IMG/VR virus record: IMGVR_UViG_3300034111_000335
Coordinates: 32,001-96,000 of that record
DNA from: a virus
Reading direction: 5' to 3' (one strand)
Length of the DNA stretch: 64,000 nt
The position numbers were made by a program, and so were the translations under genes. Positions 29,107 to 39,300 of this stretch are shown here, one piece after another. Numbering within the stretch: the first letter of the stretch is position 1; each line of letters starts with the position of its first letter. The notes beneath the pieces are model-generated. The model did no database searches, was not told the DNA's origin, and worked only from the letters and a program-made list of their open reading frames with translations.

Positions 29107-30000
29107 ATGAACCGTTTAAAGAAATCTTACTCTACTTGCATGAGTTGCGGAGGTAAGAAAATGAAATCAGGAGGTAACTGGATCAAGAGTGCTATTAAAA
29201 AGCCAGGATCTTTTACTGCACAAGCTAAGAATGCTGGTATGTCTGTACCTGCATTCCGTAATAAAGTACTTAGCAATAAGAACGCTTACTCTGCTACTAC
29301 TGTAAAGAGAGCGAACCTAGCTAAGACTCTTGCAGGAATGCGTAAAGGAGAAGATGGTATGATTACACGTAAAGGAACAAAGGATGTAATAAAGTATGCT
29401 TCACGTGTAGAGCCTAGAGGTATTACTACTGAGTCTTCTATGGGTATGCCTGTTGCTCCTACTCCAATTGAAAGTCCAGCAAACTGGTATAACGAAAGTA
29501 CTTGGGATAAAGCACAAGCTGAAAATGCAGCTCGTCCTGTAGCTAATACTCCAGTATCTTCAGATAATCCTTCTCCGTTAGTTAAAGGAGGAACAGAAAA
29601 AGTTAGAGCATACCAAGAAATGCTTCGTAGTTATGGCTACGATATTAAAGCAGATGGTGCTTGGGGTCCTAAAACACAAGCCGCATACGAATCTTATATT
29701 AAAGCAAAGGCTTCAGGTACAGCTAAACCTGCAGCTGTGACTCCTGCTAAAACAACTAGTAAAGCTTCTTCTGAGACTTGGAACTATACTCCAGAACAGT
29801 GGGATAAATCTATGGCAGAAAACAAAGCAAGAGAAGCAGCACAGAGTATGAAGTCGTTTAACACAACTGTAAATACTGTTGTTGAGCCTGCATACGTTAA
29901 TAAAGCAATTAGTAACTCAGGTAAGTATAAGGCATCTAAAGCAGCTAATGCTAAAAAGTACGTAATGAATAAACTTGACAAGTTTAATAAAAAGCCATAA
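29107..30000 (+). CDS. Basic virion protein with peptidoglycan-binding domain
   Basis: WIKSAIKKPGSFTAQAK module; PG_binding_1-like VRAYQEMLRSYGYDIKADGAWGPKTQAAY. Confidence 0.7.
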   Translation: MNRLKKSYSTCMSCGGKKMKSGGNWIKSAIKKPGSFTAQAKNAGMSVPAFRNKVLSNKNAYSATTVKRANLAKTLAGMRKGEDGMITRKGTKDVIKYASRVEPRGITTESSMGMPVAPTPIESPANWYNESTWDKAQAENAARPVANTPVSSDNPSPLVKGGTEKVRAYQEMLRSYGYDIKADGAWGPKTQAAYESYIKAKASGTAKPAAVTPAKTTSKASSETWNYTPEQWDKSMAENKAREAAQSMKSFNTTVNTVVEPAYVNKAISNSGKYKASKAANAKKYVMNKLDKFNKKP

Positions 30001-31430
30001 TGTTTGTCCCAGGAGTAAATGGTTCTGTAATTCCTAGTGTGTCCTCAGGCTCTAAGCTTAAGAGTGCATATAAGAATTCCAAAAAACGTAAGATGCCTAA
30101 TGGGGGATGGGCTAACTGGACTCCTAATACAGGAAAGCCTTACTTAAGAACTAGTCCTGCAGGTAATGCTGGTTACTCTGATAATACTAAAGTAATTACT
30201 CAAAATACAAACGTTACTGCAGCTAATAGAAAAGCAGCAGAAGCTGCAGAGTACGCTAAACGTGTGGGTAGTATTAGTCAGGGTAAAGTTAAATCAAATT
30301 ATGAGAAAGCGAAGGAAGCTACTTCTTTTGTAGCTCAAGCAGAGCAACGTAATGGTTCTGCATCCCCATTAGACTATGTATTAGATGTTGTAAATCCTGT
30401 CAATTATGTTACTAATGCTATTGATTTAGTCGGTAATACAGGATCTGCGGTTGTTAATGCTTCTCAAGGCAATTTTGCACAAGCAGGTAGTGATTTATTA
30501 GGTGCAGGATTAAATGCACTTGACGTTGTGCCTTTAACCAGAGGATTAGGAAAAGTAGCAAAGCCTGCAATTAAGAATGCTGCAAGGCCTTTTTTAAACT
30601 ATGCAGACGATATAGTACAAACCTCTAAAATTGCAGGTAAACCTGCACTACCTACTTATAAGAACGTATACAGAGCAGAGCATGCAAACTTTAATACTAT
30701 GGCAAAACCTGACGATCTTACGGGTAGGTGGGCACTAGATAATCCTAAAGACGCAGAGTTTTATGTGAGAAACTTAAAAACTCCTAGAGGAGATTCTTAT
30801 ACTACAAGTAATTATTTTAAAGGAGAAGTAGAGCCTGTAAGAATAATGAGGGATAGACTTCCTGAGTATAAAATGAAACAACAATTTGCGGAAGGTATGC
30901 CAGAGGAAGCACGAATTATGAGTATGGGTAGAGGTAAGTTGACTGATAAAGAACTTGCTAGTGTTTTAGGTGACGATGCTGCTGATAGAATGCGGAAGGG
31001 TATCCTAACAGAAATGGATTACAACACTATGTCTACTGCTCCTTTTATGTACAATACAACAGAGGGTATACTTGATGCAAACAGAATGAATCAACTACGT
31101 AAGGGTGAAAATACTTTTTTAGGTCGGGGAAAAACTAACTTGTTTCCAGATCAAAAGCAAGCTATTGACTATATAAGTAATCAGTCAAAAGGACAAAAAA
31201 ATAGTTCTTTAATTAGTAAATACCTACCTTTTAGTACTTATAAAAACGGAGGAGAAGTAGAAGATGATGATGATAAGGAAATGGTTGATGGAGTAGCAAG
31301 TATTCTTCGGAGAGTTAAGGACCCTAAGAACAGATTACAACTAGCTAATCAATTATCTAAACAGTTTAACAGAGAAAATGTAAAGTATAATTTACCTTCC
31401 TTTTTAAATAAATCAAAAGTAAAGAAATGA
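30000..31430 (+). CDS. Putative cargo protein with polymorphic-toxin-like architecture
   Basis: Gly/Ala-rich segment ending ALDVVPLTRGLGKVAK, then a globular domain (VYRAE...GRWA.D...AEFY); flanked by MPNGG and YKNGG motifs. Confidence 0.5.
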   Translation: MFVPGVNGSVIPSVSSGSKLKSAYKNSKKRKMPNGGWANWTPNTGKPYLRTSPAGNAGYSDNTKVITQNTNVTAANRKAAEAAEYAKRVGSISQGKVKSNYEKAKEATSFVAQAEQRNGSASPLDYVLDVVNPVNYVTNAIDLVGNTGSAVVNASQGNFAQAGSDLLGAGLNALDVVPLTRGLGKVAKPAIKNAARPFLNYADDIVQTSKIAGKPALPTYKNVYRAEHANFNTMAKPDDLTGRWALDNPKDAEFYVRNLKTPRGDSYTTSNYFKGEVEPVRIMRDRLPEYKMKQQFAEGMPEEARIMSMGRGKLTDKELASVLGDDAADRMRKGILTEMDYNTMSTAPFMYNTTEGILDANRMNQLRKGENTFLGRGKTNLFPDQKQAIDYISNQSKGQKNSSLISKYLPFSTYKNGGEVEDDDDKEMVDGVASILRRVKDPKNRLQLANQLSKQFNRENVKYNLPSFLNKSKVKK

Positions 31431-31876
31431 AACAGATGATAAAACGCAAAGATGGATCTTACTCACAACGTGGTTTGTGGGATAACATCCGTGCTAACAA
31501 AGGATCTGGTAAGAAGCCTACAAAAGAAATGCTTAAGCAAGAGACTAAGATTAAAAAAGAAAGTCGCTTAAAGAAAGCATACATGGCTAAGGGAGGAAAC
31601 ATTGCTAAGACTACTAAAGGTCCAGGAGCAAACTATCGTCCTACTAAATCAGGAGCAGGTATGACTCAGAAAGGTGTAATGGCTTATCGTAGAGCAAACC
31701 CTGGATCTAAACTAAGCACTGCTGTTACAGGTAATGTAAAGGCTGGTAGCAAAGCAGCCAATCGTAGAAAGTCTTATTGTGCTAGATCATTAGGTCAGTT
31801 ACGTAGATCTAAACAGTCTACACAGAATGATCCTAATAGCAGAATCAGACAAGCACGTAGACGTTGGAAGTGCTAA
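31427..31876 (+). CDS. Basic phage protein (DUF6321-like)
   Basis: GLWDNIRA module plus GMTQKGV.AYRRANPGSKL...RRKSYCARS...RRRWKC. Confidence 0.7.
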   Translation: MKQMIKRKDGSYSQRGLWDNIRANKGSGKKPTKEMLKQETKIKKESRLKKAYMAKGGNIAKTTKGPGANYRPTKSGAGMTQKGVMAYRRANPGSKLSTAVTGNVKAGSKAANRRKSYCARSLGQLRRSKQSTQNDPNSRIRQARRRWKC

Positions 31877-31911
31877 GAACTAAATAAACTAAATAAACTA
31901 AAACTAAATAT

Positions 31912-32067
31912 ATGGCCGCTAAAGCATCTAAATCAAAATCAACTTCTACTGCTTCTAAGTTTAAAGTTAAACCGAAAGTAAGAAGGAAGGGAGTAGTAGC
32001 AAAAACTAAAGCTTCAAAGTTAAAGTCTAGTAAGAACTACTTAAAGAAATCAAGAGGTCAGGGGTAA
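31912..32067 (+). CDS. Very basic 51-aa protein (not in ORF track)
   Basis: MAAKASKSKSTSTASKFKVKPKVRRKGVVAKTKASKLKSSKNYLKKSRGQG*. Strong A-rich leader, stop inside a terminator, no acidic residues. Confidence 0.75.
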   Translation: MAAKASKSKSTSTASKFKVKPKVRRKGVVAKTKASKLKSSKNYLKKSRGQG

Positions 32068-32090
32068 GCAATTACCCCTTGCTTTTTTTT
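32060..32090 (+). terminator. Intrinsic terminator with GCAA tetraloop
   Basis: aggggtaa-gcaa-ttacccct then tgc and a T8 run. Confidence 0.75.
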
Positions 32091-32108
32091 ATTAATCTTG
32101 TATATTTG
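32078..32108 (+). promoter_or_regulatory. Promoter CTTG-N19-TATATTTG for cargo genes
   Basis: TTG 32079-81 and TATATTTG 32101-108; overlaps the terminator. Confidence 0.75.
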
Positions 32109-32171
32109 TATAACTAGCTTATTCTCAAGCACTTATTAACATACTAAGTTAATAACATTAATCATTAAAAC

Positions 32172-34646
32172 ATGTTAAGATACTCTCTTTATAAAAAGTT
32201 TGTTAGTGGAGGAGGGGTAGATCCTGAGGTTGAAAAAATTAAACCAAAAGGAATTGCTTATCCTGTTGAAGGCACAACTAACGATCAGCCAAATACAACT
32301 ACTGTAAATAATTCAGAGTCGTATCAAGATGCTTTTCAAATTCCTAACTTATCTTTAGCAGGATTCAAAACTACTGATTCTCCTGAGGGTACTGTAACAG
32401 ACACTAAAAAGTCTTACGCTCCTGGAACTTTCAGTAATCAAGATTCTCTTCCTACGTTTGGTTCTATGTTAAGTCCTTTAAATCCTTTTGATGTAGATCA
32501 AACAACTCCTGGAGTAGAACAAGGTCCCTTAAGTGAAGAAGAGAGTACAGCTAGAGGTATTACTGTCGCACCTGTAACTAAACCTACGTCCGAGGAACCT
32601 TCTTTTTGGCAACAAAATAAAGGGGCAATAGCTACACTAGGTTTACTAGGAACAAAAGCTTTACTATCTAAAAACGAAGATTTAAAAAATCAACAAGACT
32701 TAACGGAGTCAATTCAAGAAAGAAACTCTAAGCCTTTATATGACTATAACTATATGTATGGTCGCACAAGTAGTGGAGGCACAAATAGAAAAAATGTAAT
32801 CTCAGTCGAAATGGGTGGAAAAATAAATAAACGTTATGCTAGTGAAGGCATAAACGATGTAGAAATTGAGGGAGGAGAATTCATTCAACTTCCTAACTTT
32901 GATACTGAAATGGCTGAAGGACCATCTCATGCAAATGGAGGTATTCCTACAAACCTGCCTGATCAAACTCGTGTATATTCTAACAATCTGAAACCAGAAG
33001 GTTCTAAGAAAACTTTTGCTCAACTTGCTAAGAACTACGATACTACTTCATATAAGAAAACTTTAGAGAATCCTTTTGCTAAACAAGTAGATAAAGAGAC
33101 TGCTTCTATTATGATGAAACGTAATCAGAAGATTTTAGATCAATTGTTTGATGATCAACAAGCAATGAATGGAAACTCTAACGGAGAACTAGAAGCTAGA
33201 AATGGAGCAGGTATCAATAACCCAGGATTTAAATCATTGCCTGGTTATGTACAAGCTAAAATTACTGCTAATATGGCTGATGGAGGAACTAAGTATAAAG
33301 TTCCTGAAGGAGTAACTATTAAGCAAAAAGGAGATCCTTCTATTCAAGTAGGAGATTACGTAATGGGTGAGAATAACAGGCCCATGAAAGTAACTGCTGC
33401 TAACAAGAAAACCAGTTTAGGAGAATACAATAAAACTTATGACGAGTTAACAAAGACGTTTAATCGTCCTGAGTTTGATAAGGTTAAAGATGCAATGTAT
33501 TCTAAATACATGCAAAAGAATCCTAATGCTAACATTAGCAAAGAGCAGTTTATGAACAACTTTATGGAAGCTCAAAAACAAGTCTATGCTATACAAGATG
33601 CTGCTAAAAACAATCCTAATCTAGATATTAAAACAGAAGATTTAGATAGAACAGCTGGTGGGATGAAGAATAAAGTATACAACCAGATAGCAAAACAGTT
33701 AGGAATGACTCCTTTAACAGAAGATCAAACTTCAATGTTTCAGCAATCTTACTTAGACTTAGCAGACTTGCAGAACACTCCAGAGTTTAAAGAAACCTTG
33801 TCTGATTTTGATCTTACTCCTAAAGGAGTTTATGATGATGTTTACTTAGGTAAACCTATATCAAAAGCAGATGCTATTTTTGGTAATACAACTATTGGTC
33901 AAGCTGTAAGAGCTAAGAGTAGAAATGACGGGATGGACTATCAATACGAAAATGCACCTATTGATCCAGGAGAAGTTCAATTTAATCAACCTGGTAATCC
34001 TCCGAGAGGAAAGTACATTGAAGGTAAGTTTCCTATGTATCAAGCTATTCCTGAAGCTATGGGTTTAGCCCAAGCACAAGAAATATATCCTTACGCTATT
34101 CCTGAAGTAGACGCTCCCTATCTAAAAAACCAGACTTATAATACTAGAAGTCAAATGCAGTCTGTAGATAACTCAGGTACTGCAGCAGTAAGAGCAGGAG
34201 CAGATCCTTTAGATGTTTATATTGCAGGATTAGATGCTAAGCAAAAAATCTCTGAGACTGCAGAAAACTATGACATGCAGAGTAGAGCCAATACAGATCA
34301 AGCAAATGCTCAAATGAGAATGAATGCCAACCAACTTAATATGGCTGCATTTGATAAAGTTTATAATAATCAAATAGCTCAAGCAAGAGATGCTCAGTCT
34401 GCAGAAAAACAAGCAGCTATTGCAAATCTAACTACTAAGAAAGCCATGTTTGATCAAAGTGAATCTAGAAAAGCTGCATTTATTAATAATTTAGTACCTT
34501 CGTTTAATACAACCTCAAAAGGACAAATGGACGTAGTAGATGGTCAATTACCCTTTTACTTTAATCAGTTTAATGATTATGTAGATAATACCTCTACTCA
34601 GAAAAAGACTGCTAAGAAGGGAATGTATAAAAAATCTAAAAAATAA
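32172..34646 (+). CDS. Internal/ejected cargo protein
   Basis: VEIEGGE...GPSHANGG...RVYSN motif, several xxGG motifs, Q/A-rich helical C-terminus; no Cys seen. Confidence 0.65.
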   Translation: MLRYSLYKKFVSGGGVDPEVEKIKPKGIAYPVEGTTNDQPNTTTVNNSESYQDAFQIPNLSLAGFKTTDSPEGTVTDTKKSYAPGTFSNQDSLPTFGSMLSPLNPFDVDQTTPGVEQGPLSEEESTARGITVAPVTKPTSEEPSFWQQNKGAIATLGLLGTKALLSKNEDLKNQQDLTESIQERNSKPLYDYNYMYGRTSSGGTNRKNVISVEMGGKINKRYASEGINDVEIEGGEFIQLPNFDTEMAEGPSHANGGIPTNLPDQTRVYSNNLKPEGSKKTFAQLAKNYDTTSYKKTLENPFAKQVDKETASIMMKRNQKILDQLFDDQQAMNGNSNGELEARNGAGINNPGFKSLPGYVQAKITANMADGGTKYKVPEGVTIKQKGDPSIQVGDYVMGENNRPMKVTAANKKTSLGEYNKTYDELTKTFNRPEFDKVKDAMYSKYMQKNPNANISKEQFMNNFMEAQKQVYAIQDAAKNNPNLDIKTEDLDRTAGGMKNKVYNQIAKQLGMTPLTEDQTSMFQQSYLDLADLQNTPEFKETLSDFDLTPKGVYDDVYLGKPISKADAIFGNTTIGQAVRAKSRNDGMDYQYENAPIDPGEVQFNQPGNPPRGKYIEGKFPMYQAIPEAMGLAQAQEIYPYAIPEVDAPYLKNQTYNTRSQMQSVDNSGTAAVRAGADPLDVYIAGLDAKQKISETAENYDMQSRANTDQANAQMRMNANQLNMAAFDKVYNNQIAQARDAQSAEKQAAIANLTTKKAMFDQSESRKAAFINNLVPSFNTTSKGQMDVVDGQLPFYFNQFNDYVDNTSTQKKTAKKGMYKKSKK

Positions 34647-34649
34647 ACC

Positions 34650-36371
34650 ATGCCAATTTCAGCACAACATACCAAATTTGTCTACCCTGACTACATTGAG
34701 TCGCTTCCTGCAGATGACTTAATTAAACTTGCTGTGAAGAAGCAGGAAATGTTTGATGAGGGTAGATCTAAAGTACAACAGAGTATAGACGCTTATGGTA
34801 AGATTCGTAATAGTCTTGTACGAGATGTAGACAAAGAGTACTTTGACAAGAACATGAATAACTTGGTTAAGGCTATTAACCAGAATGCAGGCTTGGACTT
34901 TTCTGTTAAAGGAAATGTAGACTCTGTTCTTAACATAGGAAGACCATTAGAAAATGATGCTACTTTATTAGGTGCAGTAGATTCTGCTAAGACGTACAAC
35001 TCTATGATGGAAGAGTATAAAAAACTTGATCCAAAACTTAAGAGTCCTGTAAACGATTACTTTTATTTTAAAGATATCGCAGCTTGGAAAAACAATGGGG
35101 ACGTAGGTACTAAGTTAAATTACCAAAGTTACAAACCCTATCAAGAAGGAACAGGTAAGAAATGGGGAGAAGCTTTCTCTAAAATTAAGCCTAACATTGA
35201 AACACAATTTGAATTTACCCCTGACGGAAGACGTATTCAAAAAACAGTAGTAAGTAGTGTAGATCAAGGACGTGTTAGAGATGCATATATGTCTATGCTT
35301 ACTCCTGCTGAAATGGAACAGTTGCAAATGGATGCTCAGTATAAGTATCTGAATTCTAATCAAGATGCAATTAAAGGTCAGTATCAAGGACACATGAATG
35401 AAACTCTTCAGTTAAGTAACGCTCAAATTGAAGACCTAGAGAATAGAAAAGTAATTGCTAAACAAAAGAATATTCCTATGGACGATCCAAGAATTCTTGA
35501 GATTGACCGTAACTTGAGTAAAGCTTACATGCAAAGAGATATCTTAGAAGGAAGAGCTTCTAGAGGACTAGCAGATATTCCAGACAATGAAGTAATAAAC
35601 TTCTTACAAGATCAAACTATATTTGATGCAAGTAACGCTTACGCTTATACTCAGGTAGAAAAAGATCTAGATGAGGATCAATATGCTTTGAAAGCTTATG
35701 AGTCTCAATTAGCTATTCAAAAAGAAGTTACACTAGACAGATTAGGACTTAGTGCAAGAAAGAAAGACGAAAAGGTTCCTTTACCTCCAGGAAGTTTTGA
35801 AGTAGATGGTGGATTTATAAAAGACACTGAAAGTGTTTCAGGTAAACCTACAGGTTTGACTCTTAAGAATGACTTGTTGTCTGGAGTTGGTACTAACGAT
35901 TTACAGAAACAACAACAGTTAATGGTTGCTCTTAAGAAAGTTCTTTCTAAGGGAGTAGATGATAAAGGACAAGATATACCTGTAAATGTAAAAGATGCTT
36001 TACTTCGTGCAGTACTTAGTGGAACTTGGGACCCACAAGATGCTAAGGTAATCAAGGCAACTTTTGGAGACGACAATAAGTACAGGAAGACTATGGAAAA
36101 TCTTAAGAGTCTTGCTACTGGCTTATACGATATTCAAGATAGAAATGGTGACATTGTAGATATCAGTCAAGTAAACGCAAGAGACGCAAACATGGGTTCA
36201 GGCTATACCTTAGTTCCCAAGAAAGATAAAGCAGCTGAAGAGTACTACTTAACTGATGCAGGTGGATTTGGTTTTAAATTTGACTTAGAGGAATTAGGAA
36301 GTATGGATGCAATGGCTTTATTTAATGCTCAAGATATTAGAAAAGTTAAACCAGAAACAAATCCAAACTAA
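34650..36371 (+). CDS. Internal/ejected cargo protein
   Basis: Helical 573-aa protein preceding the giant genes; no Cys seen. Confidence 0.6.
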   Translation: MPISAQHTKFVYPDYIESLPADDLIKLAVKKQEMFDEGRSKVQQSIDAYGKIRNSLVRDVDKEYFDKNMNNLVKAINQNAGLDFSVKGNVDSVLNIGRPLENDATLLGAVDSAKTYNSMMEEYKKLDPKLKSPVNDYFYFKDIAAWKNNGDVGTKLNYQSYKPYQEGTGKKWGEAFSKIKPNIETQFEFTPDGRRIQKTVVSSVDQGRVRDAYMSMLTPAEMEQLQMDAQYKYLNSNQDAIKGQYQGHMNETLQLSNAQIEDLENRKVIAKQKNIPMDDPRILEIDRNLSKAYMQRDILEGRASRGLADIPDNEVINFLQDQTIFDASNAYAYTQVEKDLDEDQYALKAYESQLAIQKEVTLDRLGLSARKKDEKVPLPPGSFEVDGGFIKDTESVSGKPTGLTLKNDLLSGVGTNDLQKQQQLMVALKKVLSKGVDDKGQDIPVNVKDALLRAVLSGTWDPQDAKVIKATFGDDNKYRKTMENLKSLATGLYDIQDRNGDIVDISQVNARDANMGSGYTLVPKKDKAAEEYYLTDAGGFGFKFDLEELGSMDAMALFNAQDIRKVKPETNPN

Positions 36372-39300
36372 TGCCAGACAAGTTTACAGGTAATGTAGGT
36401 CCCTATGCTAAACCTCTAGCAGGAGCAGCCCCTGGGGATATGAGGAGCAGGTTTAACGAACTTGTTCCTATGGAGGTTCAAAACGCTTACCAGCAGAAAG
36501 CGGAGATAGATGTATTAGAGGCAGATAGACTAGAGAACCAGAAACTTCTACAAGAACAAAGAAACGTTAAGTTAAACTCTCTTAAGAGTTTATACAGGCA
36601 AGCTATGCCTAATCCTCAGTTTGCAGATAGAGCTGCTTCTTCTGTCTTTGATAGAATAGAAAATGCTGGATCTAAACAGGAACTTAATGACATCTATTCA
36701 GAGATAGAAGGTATTAGGGAGAAAGCACAAGATAGTTTATTCTTGTTTGATGGTATGGAAACTTTTTCTGGTATAGCCCAGAGTTTAGCTTCTACTGCTG
36801 AAGGATTCTTTTTCGGTAAAGAAACTGAAGTAAATAAGAAAAAGAAACTTTTGAAGCAAGCAAATCCTGACTTAAATGATGTAGCAGGATCTGTTCTTCC
36901 TAGAGATTTATTTTCTGAAGGAGTTAATGCAATTAAAGAAGCTGAGTTTAAATCTTACGGCCAAAAAATATTAACACAGTACGAAAGTCCTTTAGCTTTA
37001 AATCAAGCTTTAGAGAAGGCAAGACATGGATCATCAGGAGCATATAAAGACTTTGATGCGTTTGTTGCTCCAAGATTAGATGATGCTTTTGCTACAAAAG
37101 GCCACTATCTATATAGGGAAGGGGAAGAAGCTGCACAGTTTCAAAAAGATGCAAGAAATGCCTTTGCTAATCCTACATATAATCAAGTAAGTGCAAACTT
37201 TAAACACGACCTAGAGAAAGAATCTTTGTCTTCTTTAAAGGGTGCTGTTATGCAAAAACTTCAAGGAGAGTTATTAAAGCCTAGAGATGCAGTAGACTAC
37301 AATGCAGATAACATTAAGTACTACAGAAACTCTTTAAACATAATAGACCAAAGATTAAACTCTCTTGCAGGTGTCTACAAAGTAGACAAGTATGCTCCAG
37401 ATATAACTTTATTTGGAGAAAAGAGTTCTGCACGTAGAAGTACTTTTAAAGCTTTGGGAGACACTCTTCCAGGACAATGGGTACTAGATTTAATTGGGGG
37501 AAGTGATTTTGATAAAGCAGTATTCAGTGAGTCTTTCTATAAGCCTGAAGTAATAACTTACGATGCAGAGAATAGACCTGTAATGTCTAATCAGTTTATG
37601 TACACTAAAGCTGATGGATCTAAAGGTTTTAACTATGGTGCAATTCCTGAAGCAGGTGGAGCTATGGTTGCTCAGATGCTTCCAATTATTGCAACTGGGG
37701 GTCTTGTTGGTGGAGCAGTAAAAGGATTAGCAGGAGCAGAATTAGGTTGGGCATCTAGTGCAGCTGCAGGAATAGCTAGAGGATATGATGCTTTAAACAA
37801 AGTTTCTGCTTTTGGAAAAGAACTTCAGTTAGCAGACAGGGCAGCAACCTTTGCTTCTGTTGCTGCTAACACTATTCCCCACTTTGTAGAACAAGAAAAA
37901 CGTTGGGGAGGTAATTATGTAAAAAGAGGTTTTGCAGGAGGTATCGTAGAAGCATCTGCAGAAGCAATAGGATTTCCTGATGTAGGAGCACTTAAGATGC
38001 GTCCTATGACTACTACTCTAGCATCTTCTGCTATGAGGTCCGCAGGTCTAGAATTAAACTTTGGACAGAGATTAGGTGCGTACCTAAATAACTCTTACGA
38101 GTTTGCTAAGATGGCTACAAAGCAAAACGCAGTAGAGGCACTAGAAGAAGAACTTTCTTTAATAGGTAACTCTATTGTTCAAAATACTTTGATGCCTGAG
38201 GAGTATGCTTTGAGGGACCGTGAACAAGTTACTGCAAAAACACTAACAGATACATTAGTAGAATCATTTGCTGCAGGTTTAATTTATAGTTTTGGTACTA
38301 CAGGTGCAGGAGCTTACTCTTATACTAGACCAGAAAACTTAAAGAACATGGCTAACTGGGAAGCAGCGAATAACGCTGACTTATTTGTAGCTAAGTTAAG
38401 TGACCTAAAAGACAAAGGAAAGATTACAGATCAAGACTTTGTTCAAGGTATGGCTAAGGTACGTAACCTTCAAGGCACACTTAAGTCTATGGTAGGCTTT
38501 GATAGTATTAGAGACTTAAAGACTTTAAACGTAGACAAAGACGAACAATACAATCTGTTTACAAATCTTCTTAGAAAGAATGAGTTACTTACAATAGACT
38601 ACGATAGTTTATCAGAGGATGAAAAAAACACTCTTGCTAAGTACAAAATAGCAAACAAGATTTCTCAAAAAGAAGCAGGCAAGATAGAAGAGATCAAAAA
38701 ACAATTAGCAGAGATATCTACTAAAGAAAATCCTACTCCTGCAGAAATAGAGAAAAGTGTAGAACTTACTTTACTTTATCAAAGAATCAAAAGAGCTAAT
38801 ATCCAATCTGTAAAGAAAGGAGAAATTAGCGAAGAAGATAAGAAATTCTTCTACGAGAAAGGATTACTTCAAGATGCTGATCTTCAATTTACTAGAGAAG
38901 ACATAGATAAAGAAATAGCCTCTATAGATAAATCTATTCTTAAGACACAGAAGAGAATAGATCGTTATGCTAACTTGACTGACTCAGAAAAACGTGATGT
39001 TATTAGACAGGTTTATGACGAAAAGATAGATGCTGTAATGAACATAGATGGTACAGCTGAGTTGGTATCTTCAATGTCTGCACTGAAAAAAGATTTAGAC
39101 TATCTTAAGTTAAAAGGAGAAGAAGAAGTACCTGGACAAATCGAACATAAAGAAAGACTTCTTGATGCTTACGGAAAGAAGATGTATGATCTTACTAACG
39201 AAAGAGACGAGTTTGGTCAAAACAAAATAGAGCAAAAGGTTAGTACATTTGATGCTGTTGCTTTAGAACAAGAAGGAGACTTCTATTCTATGTTAGAAGC

